From Antedon mediterranea (lineage: Eukaryota > Animalia > Echinodermata): DNA of 64,000 bases. Below the pieces are notes generated by a model that did not search any database, was not told where the DNA came from, and saw only the letters and a list, made by a program, of their open reading frames with translations. The number at the start of each line of letters is the position of its first letter. Position 1 is the stretch's first letter. Made by a program: the position numbers and the translations under genes. The stretch is from the NCBI RefSeq assembly GCF_964355755.1, contig NC_092679.1:18149432-18213431 (forward strand), read 5' to 3'. Below, piece after piece: positions 51,901-63,509 of the stretch.

Positions 51901-54406
51901 CACACCTTTACAATTGGGAAAATCGGGCTGAAATACAGTTGAAAACTGAACACTTTCAAGTTACCAGTCAAAATGGTCCCACTTTGGCCATAAAAATATT
52001 CTGATATAAAGGTGCTGGCAAATAGTTTCAGTTTTACCCCCAAACATTCCATCTGTATCATAAAACAGGTTTCCCAAGCCCTTTAAAACATTTCAGTTTA
52101 AAAGACCAGGAAAAAATGTGTAGAATATTTGTTTATTAACACACCTGTCGAATTGGCCTTTCCTCAACCAAACCCCAAATGATGGAATAATTTGTGGTCC
52201 CAGGGGTAGTTACAAAAGCCTATGAATATTTAACTGTCACTTGAATCCAACCCTTCCAGGTTACAGCACATTAGCCAGCTATAAGGCGCAAAATGCTCAA
52301 TTATTATATTAATATACTTTTTTGGTTAGATTTGTATGTGAATATTTGGCGCCTCATACTATTTGGTTGTCTTTGCCAGGGGCTATTTTGGTATAAATAC
52401 TTGGAGGTCATTAAAATGACAAACCTCCTTTATTGTTGGAATTCTTACTTGTTATGGGTAAATAGGTTACACTGATCATTTGATATTGTGATATTGGCAT
52501 TACCTCCATGTCTTCTTCTTGGAAGAGATGCGACGGATGGTAAAAAAGAAAAGCTATTATTTATGATAGAAATTTTTTTTAAATGAATATATTGTATTGG
52601 TTGATTGAACCTGCCTACCGTTTAATTTATTCGGATTTGTTTGCGTATCCCAATGTGAGAAAACTGTTGAAGGCATACATCTTTGCAGTTATTATTTCAT
52701 ATACATCTAAATTTTTTTCACAGATAAAATTGCTAATATACTAAACGATATTGTTTAATTTTTTAATGCCAACCTTGAAAATATAATCAATATCACATTT
52801 ATAAAAGTGAACATCCAAATATCTTCACAACTAATCAGTTACAAAAAAAATCTAAACAGTCTTTTTGTATAAATAGCCCTACAATACAATTTTGTTTCTA
52901 CAATCTATTTGTTATCAATTTTATATATTAAATTTTCCAGCGAGCAGCACAGTGGCACCACAAATATAATAAATTTAAAGTATAATCACCTTGGGATATG
53001 GAATCAATACAGGGATCACCTCAAAAGCTTTGGCACAAACGAATGTTTTGTACCCAAATAAGACCAGGAGTAAAGTCTTAAATGGTCCAATCACCACACC
53101 ACCAGGCATAAATAAGATTTAGCTTTAAACAATCTTTTAATTTACACCAGATGTACTATAGAGAATCATTATGTTTTTCCTAACAAATTTAACATTAATT
53201 TACAGGTAGTACTAGAAAGTTGGCCTTCAAACTTAACCCCATTTTATGTTCAAGGCCCATGCCTTTACCTGAGGCAAAGTGGTGTAAGAAATGTTAGACA
53301 CCTACCTACCTGTGCATTATGGTATACTATTAGAAGACAGAAAATTGCAATGATAAAAATATACTTTATTATTTAATATTACTAACACCCTATATGGTAA
53401 TAAAAGCTTATTCTGAGGCTTTAAAAGTAGTCTTGAGATAACAGGGATTTTGAATGGGTGATAAAAGTAGGATAATCCACAGCACCTATATAAACAAAGT
53501 CGGCTCCCTTTAAGCTGTTAAAAAAAACCTTTTAAGAATACCAGTACCTGGATACAAACAATGTGTATTATTAACTAGATCAAGTGATGGAATTTGGCTT
53601 TTTGACTGGACGGTGTGTGCACTGAACTATAAGATTATTGGCCCCTGGTTAAATTTATAATTAGCTTTGATAATTTTTGATGGATGGAATTAAGTTACTA
53701 AATTAAATTCTCGGTTTTTACATGGATTACTAATTACTAATTTCGCTGTGGTTTTTTTTATATTTCTCATTTTTCTTAATGAAAAAGATTTTTCCCAAAA
53801 GATGAAAATTAAAAAGATGCAAATAAAAAACCACCTAAATTTGAATATAAATTTTGTTGTTTTAATCAAGTATAAAATAAAAAAAAATAATTATTTCGCT
53901 TATAATTAATAAGTGTACTTTGTAAGTAGAATTGTTTTATCATCAGAAAGGGGGGAGAAAATGTTTGCAAACACAATGCTCAATGTAATTTAATTTCACA
54001 AAGGTTAAAGTTCATAGAAGCTCTCAGGGAAAATAGCAAAAAGTCATGTTTTGGTACTACTGGTAGTTGAGTAACATAAATACAGATAACCTAGATAAAT
54101 ACTGTATCGTACCTGGCCCGCAGCATCACTTGTTGGCAGGTGAACATTTATATACCAGAAGCACTCATCCGTGACCTGGTGCACCCAACTGAAACCAAAA
54201 GTTATCTATGGAAGGCATTTTAAAGTAATGCTAATTCCCTACACTACAATATCACATTTATACATGTTAAACAAATCTATTAAATATTTAAACTATTTTA
54301 TTTGTAACAGTGTTAATTTGACTAAATAATATAGTAATTGCCCAACTCTGAATAATTATATATTATACGAAGTACATTGAGAATTGAGAATTTGCAAGTA
54401 ATTTTT

Positions 54407-54472
54407 GGGTGGGACTCGAACCCATTATTCCCAGATCACTAGCCTGGCGTTCATACCTCTAGACCACCGAGC
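54407..54472 (-). pseudogene. tRNA-like sequence (SINE head or pseudo-tRNA, apparent anticodon AGT)
   Basis: On -: gctcggTGGTCTAGAGGtatgaacgCCAGGctAGTgaTCTGGgaataatgGGTTCGAGTCCcac. Acceptor stem does not pair. Confidence 0.5.
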
Positions 54473-55179
54473 AGTGCTGATGGCTAGGTGTTAGATTCGA
54501 GCCCAAGTAAGCTTGGTACTGTACCAAAAGGATTGTGATTCATTTATTGCTTTTTTGTTCTTTTTTTTAATAAACAGTAGGCCTATTAATATTTAATATC
54601 TGAATATTCAACAGAAATTATTTAATATTACTATTAGAGTTGATATTGTTTTTTACTTTTTGGAGTGTTTTCCTCAAAAGCTTGTCATTGTCAACAGTTG
54701 CTATAATCTATTTAGGTTTCAGTCAAGTAGATCTTCATAATAAACAAACCAAATTCACATGTAGGCATGTACAATATCTTTCTACCAAATATTTGTGTGT
54801 CCCTCTATTTATTTGATACTGCTTATCAAGTTCTGGGGTTAACAGATATTTTATAAGTTATGAGCTTTAGAGTGACTTAATCACATAGGCCTAGTAACGA
54901 ACATTCCTTGCAGATGTAGATTTACTGTATACTGTAATCCTGATGTCTAACCATCCCATGCTTAATTACTGGTATCTCACACCCCATGCATATTTACTGT
55001 AGTATTATCCCATACTTAAGATGTACACTTTTATTAATTATTATAATAACTACAACAATAATCATAATATCCAGAATTACAATAATTAAAAATAATTACT
55101 ACAGTAGTAATGACTAAAATTTTTATGTGTTTAAATTTTAAATGTAAATATGTATAATTATGTTTGTATGATGTAGTAT

Positions 55180-55248
55180 GTTTAAGCGGATATTAGCCCT
55201 TGATGGCATTTGCAGCAATAAAGAAATTGAATTGAATTGAATTGAATT
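55180..55248 (+). mobile_element. Possible non-LTR retroelement 3' end with (ATTGA)n tail
   Basis: agcccttgatggc...aataaagaa(attga)4. A similar tail ends at about 44343. Confidence 0.35.
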
Positions 55249-56067
55249 ACATACATACTGTATTTCCTTATGTAGTCCGATCCTGTGCATGCATATTGAC
55301 TAGTCTCATCCTGTGCACTCATATTTATTTACTATTTGGAGTCATAGAACTGTACCCAACACCAAGTTGTCCAAAATACACTAGGTACAGTATTACTAGG
55401 ACAATGATGCTGACCACCCAGGTCCAATTAAAATTTCCAATGTAAAGTACTCTGTATATAAATAAAGTTTCTATAGTGCGCTATTGAAGGTTCTCCTTTA
55501 AAATGAGATAGCATGCAGGAGTATCATCTCTATGCAGTTCACTGTCACATAAATGTTCACTATTTGGATTACTTGTTATTTGGATTTATCATATCGAAAT
55601 TCTATAATACGTGCATGGAAACATGCCCTTTTAAAAGAAAAGGAATATTTTTCTCTTAATAGAATAATTAAACTTTTGCACATCTAAGAAAAAATTGGTT
55701 TCTTTAAATATTAAAGATTAGGGTTCAATAAAATACAGAATACAAATATACAATATTAAACCACTGAATAATAATTTAATCTTCGATAGAACATATAGTT
55801 TTTGAGCAATTTAGCGGGAATATCTTTATGAGTAGCTCTATTGCACTAAAATCCATGACAACCCGTCAGTGTAACCATGGTAATAACCATTTGAGACAAC
55901 AATGCTACACAACACCTACTTAAAATAAATGTTTAAGAAAATTTGGAATAAATCAATGATGTGTATAGAACAGAAAAATTAATCTTATTTATTCTTCCTG
56001 TACTAACATGGACATACACCCTTTAACCTCAAAACTGGGTGCTACCAGAATACACAAGTGTACCATT

Positions 56068-56155
56068 CAGGGGTGGATCTAGGGGCATAGGAGGACCCAT
56101 AGTGTATTTTTAGGCCCTCAGCCCTTCCTATTTCAAAATCCTGGATCTGCCATTG
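56068..56155. mobile_element. Short degenerate TIR element (caggggtggatctagg...cctggatctgccattg)
   Basis: Imperfect TIRs. Related right ends aaatcctggatc at about 19213 and 56657. Confidence 0.5.
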
Positions 56156-57080
56156 AGTGGGGCAGCTCTTTCCTTTTGACACCCAATAAAATTATGAACT
56201 ACTTTTTTGATATATATCTTTTACAGACTACTGTATTAACATTATATTTTAGCATTACCCTGTATGCACAATGTATAATACAACATGTCATTGATGACAT
56301 CTAAACACACAATAAAACCCATTTATAACATGATAAAACATCAATTTATGGACAATTGACATGTCTATTTTGTGTATAGATGTCAACTGTCACTTACAGA
56401 TTTATTAATTTATTTACAAGGCCATTTACAAAGTTTTTACAATATAATCCATAGTAATCTAAAGATCTTTTGTGTCTTTAAATTCATGATCATTTCATTT
56501 TCAAATGAAGGGATTACTTAGTTACATAGGGGATCCGAGTGGTGGTGAGGGGGGAGGATCCACCCAGCATGGGCTTTCACAATTGTAAAATTTTAATGCA
56601 AAAGATAAAACACTAATTTCATTTTACAATTTTAGACCTTGGATTCCCCTATTTAGAAATCCTGGATCCACCACTGAGGCAAGTCACCAAGCAAGACATC
56701 ATGATTGTTAAACTGAGATATTAATACAGAACATATATTATCATACAGTAGATTATTTACTGTAATCCATATTAATAGAAATACAATGTTGACTGCAGCG
56801 TTAAGAAGAAGTTTTATTAATGGAGCTATGAATCATAGCGGAATAATGAAAATGGATGATAAACTGACTCAGCACATGATGATGAACAACAATAATATCA
56901 AAACACTATTGTATTAGCTGGTAGCTATATACAGACAACTGAATATATAACATTCATGCTTTTAGAACTTTTCCTACAATAATGATAAACAATTATACTA
57001 AGAACACACACTACTAATAGTACTATTAATAATACAAATAATTGTTTGAAATATCAAATACTGTAAATATAGTACTTTAT

Positions 57081-57130
57081 GTGATACCATAGAGATGTTA
57101 TAGTGAATATATATTTCTCTATGGTGATAC
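57081..57130. mobile_element. 36-bp hairpin with 7-bp TSD (P-like excision footprint or micro-MITE)
   Basis: GTGATAC-catagagatgttatagtgaatatatatttctctatg-GTGATAC. Confidence 0.7.
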
Positions 57131-58584
57131 ACAGTCAATACTCAACTCCTTTCACATCGCCTAGGAAAACTCTGGAGTTTGCGCACACTATAATACATGC
57201 CTCTCTGTGGTGTGTGTGTGTGTGTGCTTTATGCCTGAACTTTTTCTAGCAATCTGAAAGGGCCATATTGAAGTAGTAAAAGCACAAATTAAGAATCAAT
57301 CAATACTCATGGTCCCAAAATATGTTCAAAATACTCCAAAACTAAGTAGAATGTTCAATGATTAAATAAGTAGATATTTCTTTGGAATTATTTAAAAACA
57401 ATAATTTAATATTCTTTAAAAAAGGTCTTTTTTTTGGTATGCTTTGCTGAGAATTTCTGATATTATACATTTTTATGTTAATGATTTTATTTGTAAATGA
57501 AACTTACTATAATTTTGTTTCCAATGCATTATATATCATGCTAAATACATTATATATTATATATACTTACTTATCTAGAACTATAAAAGTAAACAAACTC
57601 ACACAAAATATAATATTCATACTTAAGTTTAAATTTTTTCAAATATACACAAATATTATAAAGCTCCATATAAAATAATAATTAGATAAAAAATTAAATA
57701 ATTTGATAAATAAAAAGAAAATGTGCGTAATATAAATTTCATTTTTATGCAAATTTAAATCTACATTCATTATCAAAATGACAGGGTAATAAGTGAAGCG
57801 CTTAAAAGCATTGTGCAATAACGAATTCATAATTAAAAACATTTATATATTATAAGTACAATTTAAGCACCATTAATATTGTTCATATGTTAAGTAGTAA
57901 GAATTAAATAAACATTATTAAATAATGTTGCTGAATATTTCCATTAATATAAGAATTATATAATATACAGATAAGATCAATTATTGAATTGACCAATAAT
58001 ATTTCATAAAACAACAAACAGACTACCAAAAATACAAAATGTCTTTCACAATGGAACAAATAAACAACATATATTATTTATGATAGTATTACAAACTCGC
58101 AAATCAATATACACAGATGACACTGTATAACTTTTCTATAATAAATTATTTAAACCTTGTTATAAACCACAGACTGGTTTTTGTACAAATTGCACATTAA
58201 TATACAATTCCTGTATAAAGAAGATTGAATAAGAATTGACTGAATAAAAATTGACTGAATCAAATATTTGTAATTAAACAAATTGACCCCTGACCCACAA
58301 TATACACAATTGTTTATAATAAATTGATGAATAATTAATATTTATATTTTAAAATTTTGCTTATAATTCATAATTAAAAGATAACCACTAATACTTTTCT
58401 GTACCAGACTAAAAATATTATGGTCACGATTTGTAAAATAGTATTTATTGAATACTGTCAACTTATTATTTACAGTTAAGACTATCACGAATAAAAGCAT
58501 TCATTGTTTTCAATCATCTGTTAGTATTAACAGAAAGAATAAAACAATGAAATATTATCACATTGCACAAACGATGCTCTTCTT

Positions 58585-58766
58585 CTATGATGTATAGACA
58601 CGTATGATCTCCATAATAGATTTACGACAAACAGGACAATAGTCTTTGCGATTGAAGAGCATTTTCGCACACTCATTACATGTGACCATGTGATGGCAGG
58701 GGCAGAGTAAACAGTTGCGAAGTCGATCCATGCAGATTGCGCAATCACGATCATTTGTGGGTATAG
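58585..58766 (-). CDS. Terminal exon of a C-terminal RING-HC (C3HC4, IAP/MDM2/Neuralized-like zf-C3HC4_3 type) E3 ubiquitin ligase
   Basis: CAIC-x11-CHH-x3-CNEC-x10-CPVCRKSIMEIIRVYTS*. Acceptor catctctttcttag| on -, phase 1. Stop TAG 58587-58585. Confidence 0.88.
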
Positions 58767-59400
58767 CTAAGAAAGAGATGATTGAATACAACATGTGTTA
58801 GTGAAAGAAACATGTTAATTCAAAACGAAAAAAAAACAACATTAAAGAGAAGCTTCTAGTGTTAATGCATTTTGATGCCAAACATATTTAAAATGCCATA
58901 CAGTAACTCAGACCATAAACAATTTGTACACATGTACTTTAAACATTACACAGCATTTACAGTAAAAAAGACTATATCTTATGTCTGAATGAAAATTAGG
59001 AATGCCTGAAAAAAAATAATAGCAAATTAAAAACAGCAACAAAAAAATGATCTACAGATTAACATTTATATTTGATATTATTGTATAAATTGTTTATAAC
59101 AAGAGTTGCCCTATATAGACAGGGAGTTGAAGATGTTATAATGAAGTGTGCACCAGTTATTTTGAAACAGATACAGCATGAATATAGATGTATTCAGCCT
59201 AGTTGTAATTAAAATAAAAACTACTTTGTAAATTAAAATGCATGGAAACTACGGATTCATTAACATACAATGGATTTGTATAACAAACATATTGCTATTT
59301 TATCTTGTAATGGTTAAATTTAAACATTTCATTTGGATTCATCAATTACTGACTGATCAAATACTGACTGTATGTCAACCACATATAATATCTGACAATT

Positions 59401-59760
59401 GAGTGAGTGGCCGAGCGGTTAAGACAGTGGAACCGTAATTACGTAGCCATAACATCGGCAAGGGTTCGAGGCTCACTCGCTCCATGGTTCTGGTGGTAGA
59501 ACGAGTCTTCTCGGATAAGGACTATAAACCGTAGGTCCAGTGTACACATAGCTCATGCGCACTTTAAAGAACCTAGTACATCTTTCGAGACGAGTAGGGG
59601 GTTACCCCGGTGTACTAGTCCACACAAACACAGCCACTGTCACACACAGCCACTGTGCAAATTGGGACTGGACCGTTTTAGAGGTGTTTACCACCTGTTG
59701 GTCCAGATCCTTCACTAACTGAGTTAGTGAGAAGTCGAATAAATAAATAAATAAATAATA
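59401..59760 (+). mobile_element. tRNA-derived SINE with Deu/Nin-like core, copy 2, (AATA)n tail
   Basis: A box TGGCCGAGCGG, B box GGTTCGAGGC, same core as 47129, 3' hairpin and (AATA)n tail. Confidence 0.85.
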
Positions 59761-59879
59761 TGCAACAATATTGTAGATGATATAAACAGCTATGGTGTTC
59801 ACACAAATAGTAACCTCTGTCTGGTTTCTATAATTATTGCTACCTCATTTTACAGCACTATACAGAGAACCCCTATTAA

Positions 59880-60058
59880 AGCTTGGTTCCCACTAGAACG
59901 TATCGCAAGGACGTAAACGCAACGCAAGCGTTTTAACCAATGACAAGCGAAGTTATAGACAGTTAGCAATCACAAGCGAATAAGCCATCGCTTGTGATTG
60001 GTCAATTCACTTGCGTTGCGTTACGTCCTTGCGTTGCGTTGCTAGTGGGAACCACGCT
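59880..60058. mobile_element. Palindromic MITE family B (Harbinger-like)
   Basis: TIR agcttggttcccactag...ctagtgggaaccacgct, internal inverted cgcaacgcaag / cttgcgttgcg, flanks TAA/TGA. Confidence 0.85.
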
Positions 60059-60708
60059 TGAGGAGACACTTTAGGGGCCAAGTAAAAGAGTCCCCTGCTC
60101 CTCCTCCCATTTCTCAGTAAAGTGTCCCTTGTGTAAATGGTCATAGAAAATAACATAGATTAATATGTATTTTTTGTTTTCCGCTTACCGTTTACCACTC
60201 GTCTGTGTAAAGGAGTGCTCCTTTTAATTTTAACTTACTACTGTATTTACAAATTATAATATAATCTCTTTTTTTGTACTACAAACTTTTTATTTTTAAC
60301 AATTTATATATTGGACATTCAACATTAATCTGACACCTTCTCAGCTAGTGAAGTGTGAAAACGGAATTAAATGTGAATGTCACGGCTGTTGCGATAGCAA
60401 AATGGTATCGCATCTAACACCACAGTGACAAAAATTATTGATGCTAACATAACAAGTGACTTTTATTAGTCATCCAAACTTGTCTAACACTTCAGTTTAA
60501 AGTGCATCTTTTTGAAAGATATGTCATTAAAATTTTATGCATGGGCAGGTAAAAGGGAGTATTACCAATAGGTGAACATGCCAAAGATGCAAGTTTAGAA
60601 AAAGAGTCCCTCATTCCTTGTTGTTTGAAATGAAAGTTTCCTAGAGGGATTCAGTACTTGAGAACAATTGCAATATAATATAAGATGTGTGAAACAAAGG
60701 TTTTCTAA

Positions 60709-60853
60709 AGCTCTGTCTAGACTATCAAAAAGTGTGATGTGCCCAAATGTGGTAGTTGTATGCTCAAATATGGTAGTGATATGACATCATCATGTCCATA
60801 TATGGGCACATAATATTTTTTGTCACATAAAGTTTGATAGTGTAGACAGAGCT
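60709..60853. mobile_element. Tourist/Harbinger-like MITE family A, copy 2
   Basis: Same TIRs and internal sequence as 48145, TAA TSD on both sides. Confidence 0.88.
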
Positions 60854-61932
60854 TAAGAATATTTAAACTAATCATTAATAGACTCTATATATTATGCTAT
60901 CTATCAACTAATTTCAACATCTACTATGGATAAAAAATTATCCTAGTGATTGACATTTTCAGGACATACAGTATGTCGTTCTGGTACTTTAATTAAACCA
61001 GATGACTAATTATACAATTTTGGAAGTCAGACATTTCTTTTCGACTGATTATTTTTTTAATTACATTTTAAGACTTTTTCTAGGAGTATTTTTCAATTGT
61101 CCATTGATGGTATCGTAAATCTGATCCCCTTTTATTAATGTCTATTGTTTTGATACAGAGATCTATAAAAATAAATTGATGGCATATCTTTCTTATGTTC
61201 TTGCATTTATGTGCACATAAATGTTGTGATTTCTTAGGCTGTGTATACACTTCTGAAAATAAATGATTATTTATTAGGATCAAAATAAAATTATTTCAAG
61301 ATTACGTTTCTTAAATGGCAGGAGGAGGTATTGTGGAAGACTAAATTGGAACAATGAAACAAAAGACTGAGCCTGAATGGCGTCAAAAGTGTTGATGGTA
61401 GTGTCCAACAATGACAGTTATGATGATAAAATATTCATTTTATGGTAAAGTAATGATTTTGTATTGTTTATTAAAGAACAATTGATTAAAATTTCCTCAT
61501 TAACATTCTCTCTAGGATGCTTGCAATGCACCTCTTCAAAAATAATGATTTTTTTATTGCACTGTGCAAATTTCTTGATTAAATGTGTATTTTTATTATA
61601 TTAGTTTAACAATTAGATGAGTAACAAGGAGTAGAAAACTCTCAAATTAAGTTAAATTGCTTAAAGGCAAATTTACACAGACGAGCGGTAACGGTAAGTA
61701 ATAACCAGAAAAAACCCAAAATAGAATAAAGTCCTATGTTATTTCTTAACCATTTACACAAAACACAAAAACAAAACATGGAGCGGACAGGCTGTGGGGC
61801 GACTGACTGATTCTTTTTAATTGCATCATTATTAATTTGATCTTCACCCATTACAGTATCAATCCTGCTTTCCTTCATTCAACAGAAAAAAATGTAAAAT
61901 GTTGGTACAGCAGTCACATACGTTCTGGCTAA

Positions 61933-62079
61933 AGCTCTGTCTACGCTATCAAACCTTATGTGACAAAAAAAAGTGATGTAATATTACATATATTTGATCA
62001 TATCATTTGATCATATCATTTCCATATTTGGGCAATCACACTTCTTTTGTCAAACTAGTTTGATAGTGTAGACAGAGCT
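61933..62079. mobile_element. Tourist/Harbinger-like MITE family A, copy 3 (inverted)
   Basis: Same TIRs, TAA TSD on both sides, internal part in the opposite orientation. Confidence 0.88.
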
Positions 62080-63386
62080 TAAGTTATCTAGTACCCTAGT
62101 AAGTTTGTTTCATGACCATATTTATTGGTAACTTTAATGGGTAGGCACCCAAGAAAATAACTCAGGCTGAAAAAGCATGTAATGGATTAAATATGAATGT
62201 TAACAGTACACCTAGTAATATACAATGGTAATCATTGCAATACTGCGTATATTATTTATCTCTATCACAAGCTTTTGCTTTTTTTGATCATTTGCCCTTC
62301 TTCTTTCCAACCTTATTAAATGTATAACTTTTGAATGTACAGTGAGTAATATAAAAGAAAAAAAAAATTAGCTTATACAGTACTTGAAATGAAAGCGCAC
62401 CTGTAAGTACAGTAAAGGAGACCTGCAAAGGTGTGAACACATGTGTAACACCTGGCTGATAACAAGTCAGGATTGTGCTGTAAAGTTCAACACCTTCTGC
62501 TGATGATTATCGTTCAGGAATAAAGACGCTATACTGCTATTACAGCATTACCATTAAACAGAGATTAGTGAGAATTCGCACTGTTAGGATTACACAAATT
62601 ATAAGATCTTTATCTTAAGCACTACAATTAATCATCAACAATTAACTTTACTATATTTCTTATAAATATTAATCCTTGTTTATAATATAAATGGGGTTAG
62701 TTAATCCTAGATATGAATCTTTTGATTATTAAGCTCTTTTGAATTGAAAATAGGATATAATTATGTTTGTTTAATGTATTTGTACTGTACTTCACCTATA
62801 AACTCATAATACTATTGTAAATTGGTTTAGCAGCTTTTGGGGCGAGCTTATGGCAACCTAATCGTAATTTTTGATTTGAATTTATTAGGAAAATCATCAT
62901 AAAAAATACATACAAAGTGATAAAATAAATTACTGACATTACAAATAATACATTTATAAAATATTTTCAAGTATAACCCAAAGAGCTTATTTCCATTACA
63001 AAAATATCAAATACAGAATCTACCAAAAAAATGAGAAGAGAGCTGTTGAAGTTTAATAATGGTTTTCTTTCTCATAAATTTAATTAGACAGTTACAAGAG
63101 GCAACATGTAAGTGATCTTTTTTATTCTCAACATCATGTATAGTTTTTTAATATTAGCTTTTATGAAATTTAACTTATTGTACTGTATATATTGTCATAA
63201 ATTTTAAGTTGGGACTTGCAAACTATATAGCTTTATTGACTCTCATAGAAGCCCCAGACGTTTTTGTTATAAACAAATAAATGAAATTTCCACACATAGC
63301 ACTCTTAAAAACAAACAATTGTGATAACTAAAATGAAATTGGATTTTTAAAATATTATTAATAAATATATGTTAAGGTAAACTCAC

Positions 63387-63497
63387 CATATTCATCATCT
63401 TGAGCTGGGGATAAGTTTCCTGAGTGGCCTAGCTGGGGTAGAGCTACGGTTAGAAGTCCGGGTAAGCCTTGCTGTCGACGAATTTGTTCTCTCCTTG
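63387..63497 (-). CDS. Upstream internal exon of the RING gene (gene continues beyond the window)
   Basis: Acceptor ttttattatttcag|, donor TATG|GTGAGT. 111 bp, phase 1-1. RREQIRRQQGLPGLLTVALPQLGHSGNLSPAQDDEY joins in frame to (A)IPTNDRDCAIC. Confidence 0.75.
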
Positions 63498-63509
63498 CTG
63501 AAATAATAA

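Noticed and set aside
54407-54472. Functional tRNA-Thr gene
   Set aside because: Acceptor stem does not pair; treated as a SINE head or pseudogene.
60181-60215. Possible extra RING-gene exon with minus-strand GTAAG donor
   Set aside because: The same ttacacagacgag(t/c)ggtaa(a)cggtaag motif occurs inverted at about 61673, so it is a repeat fragment.
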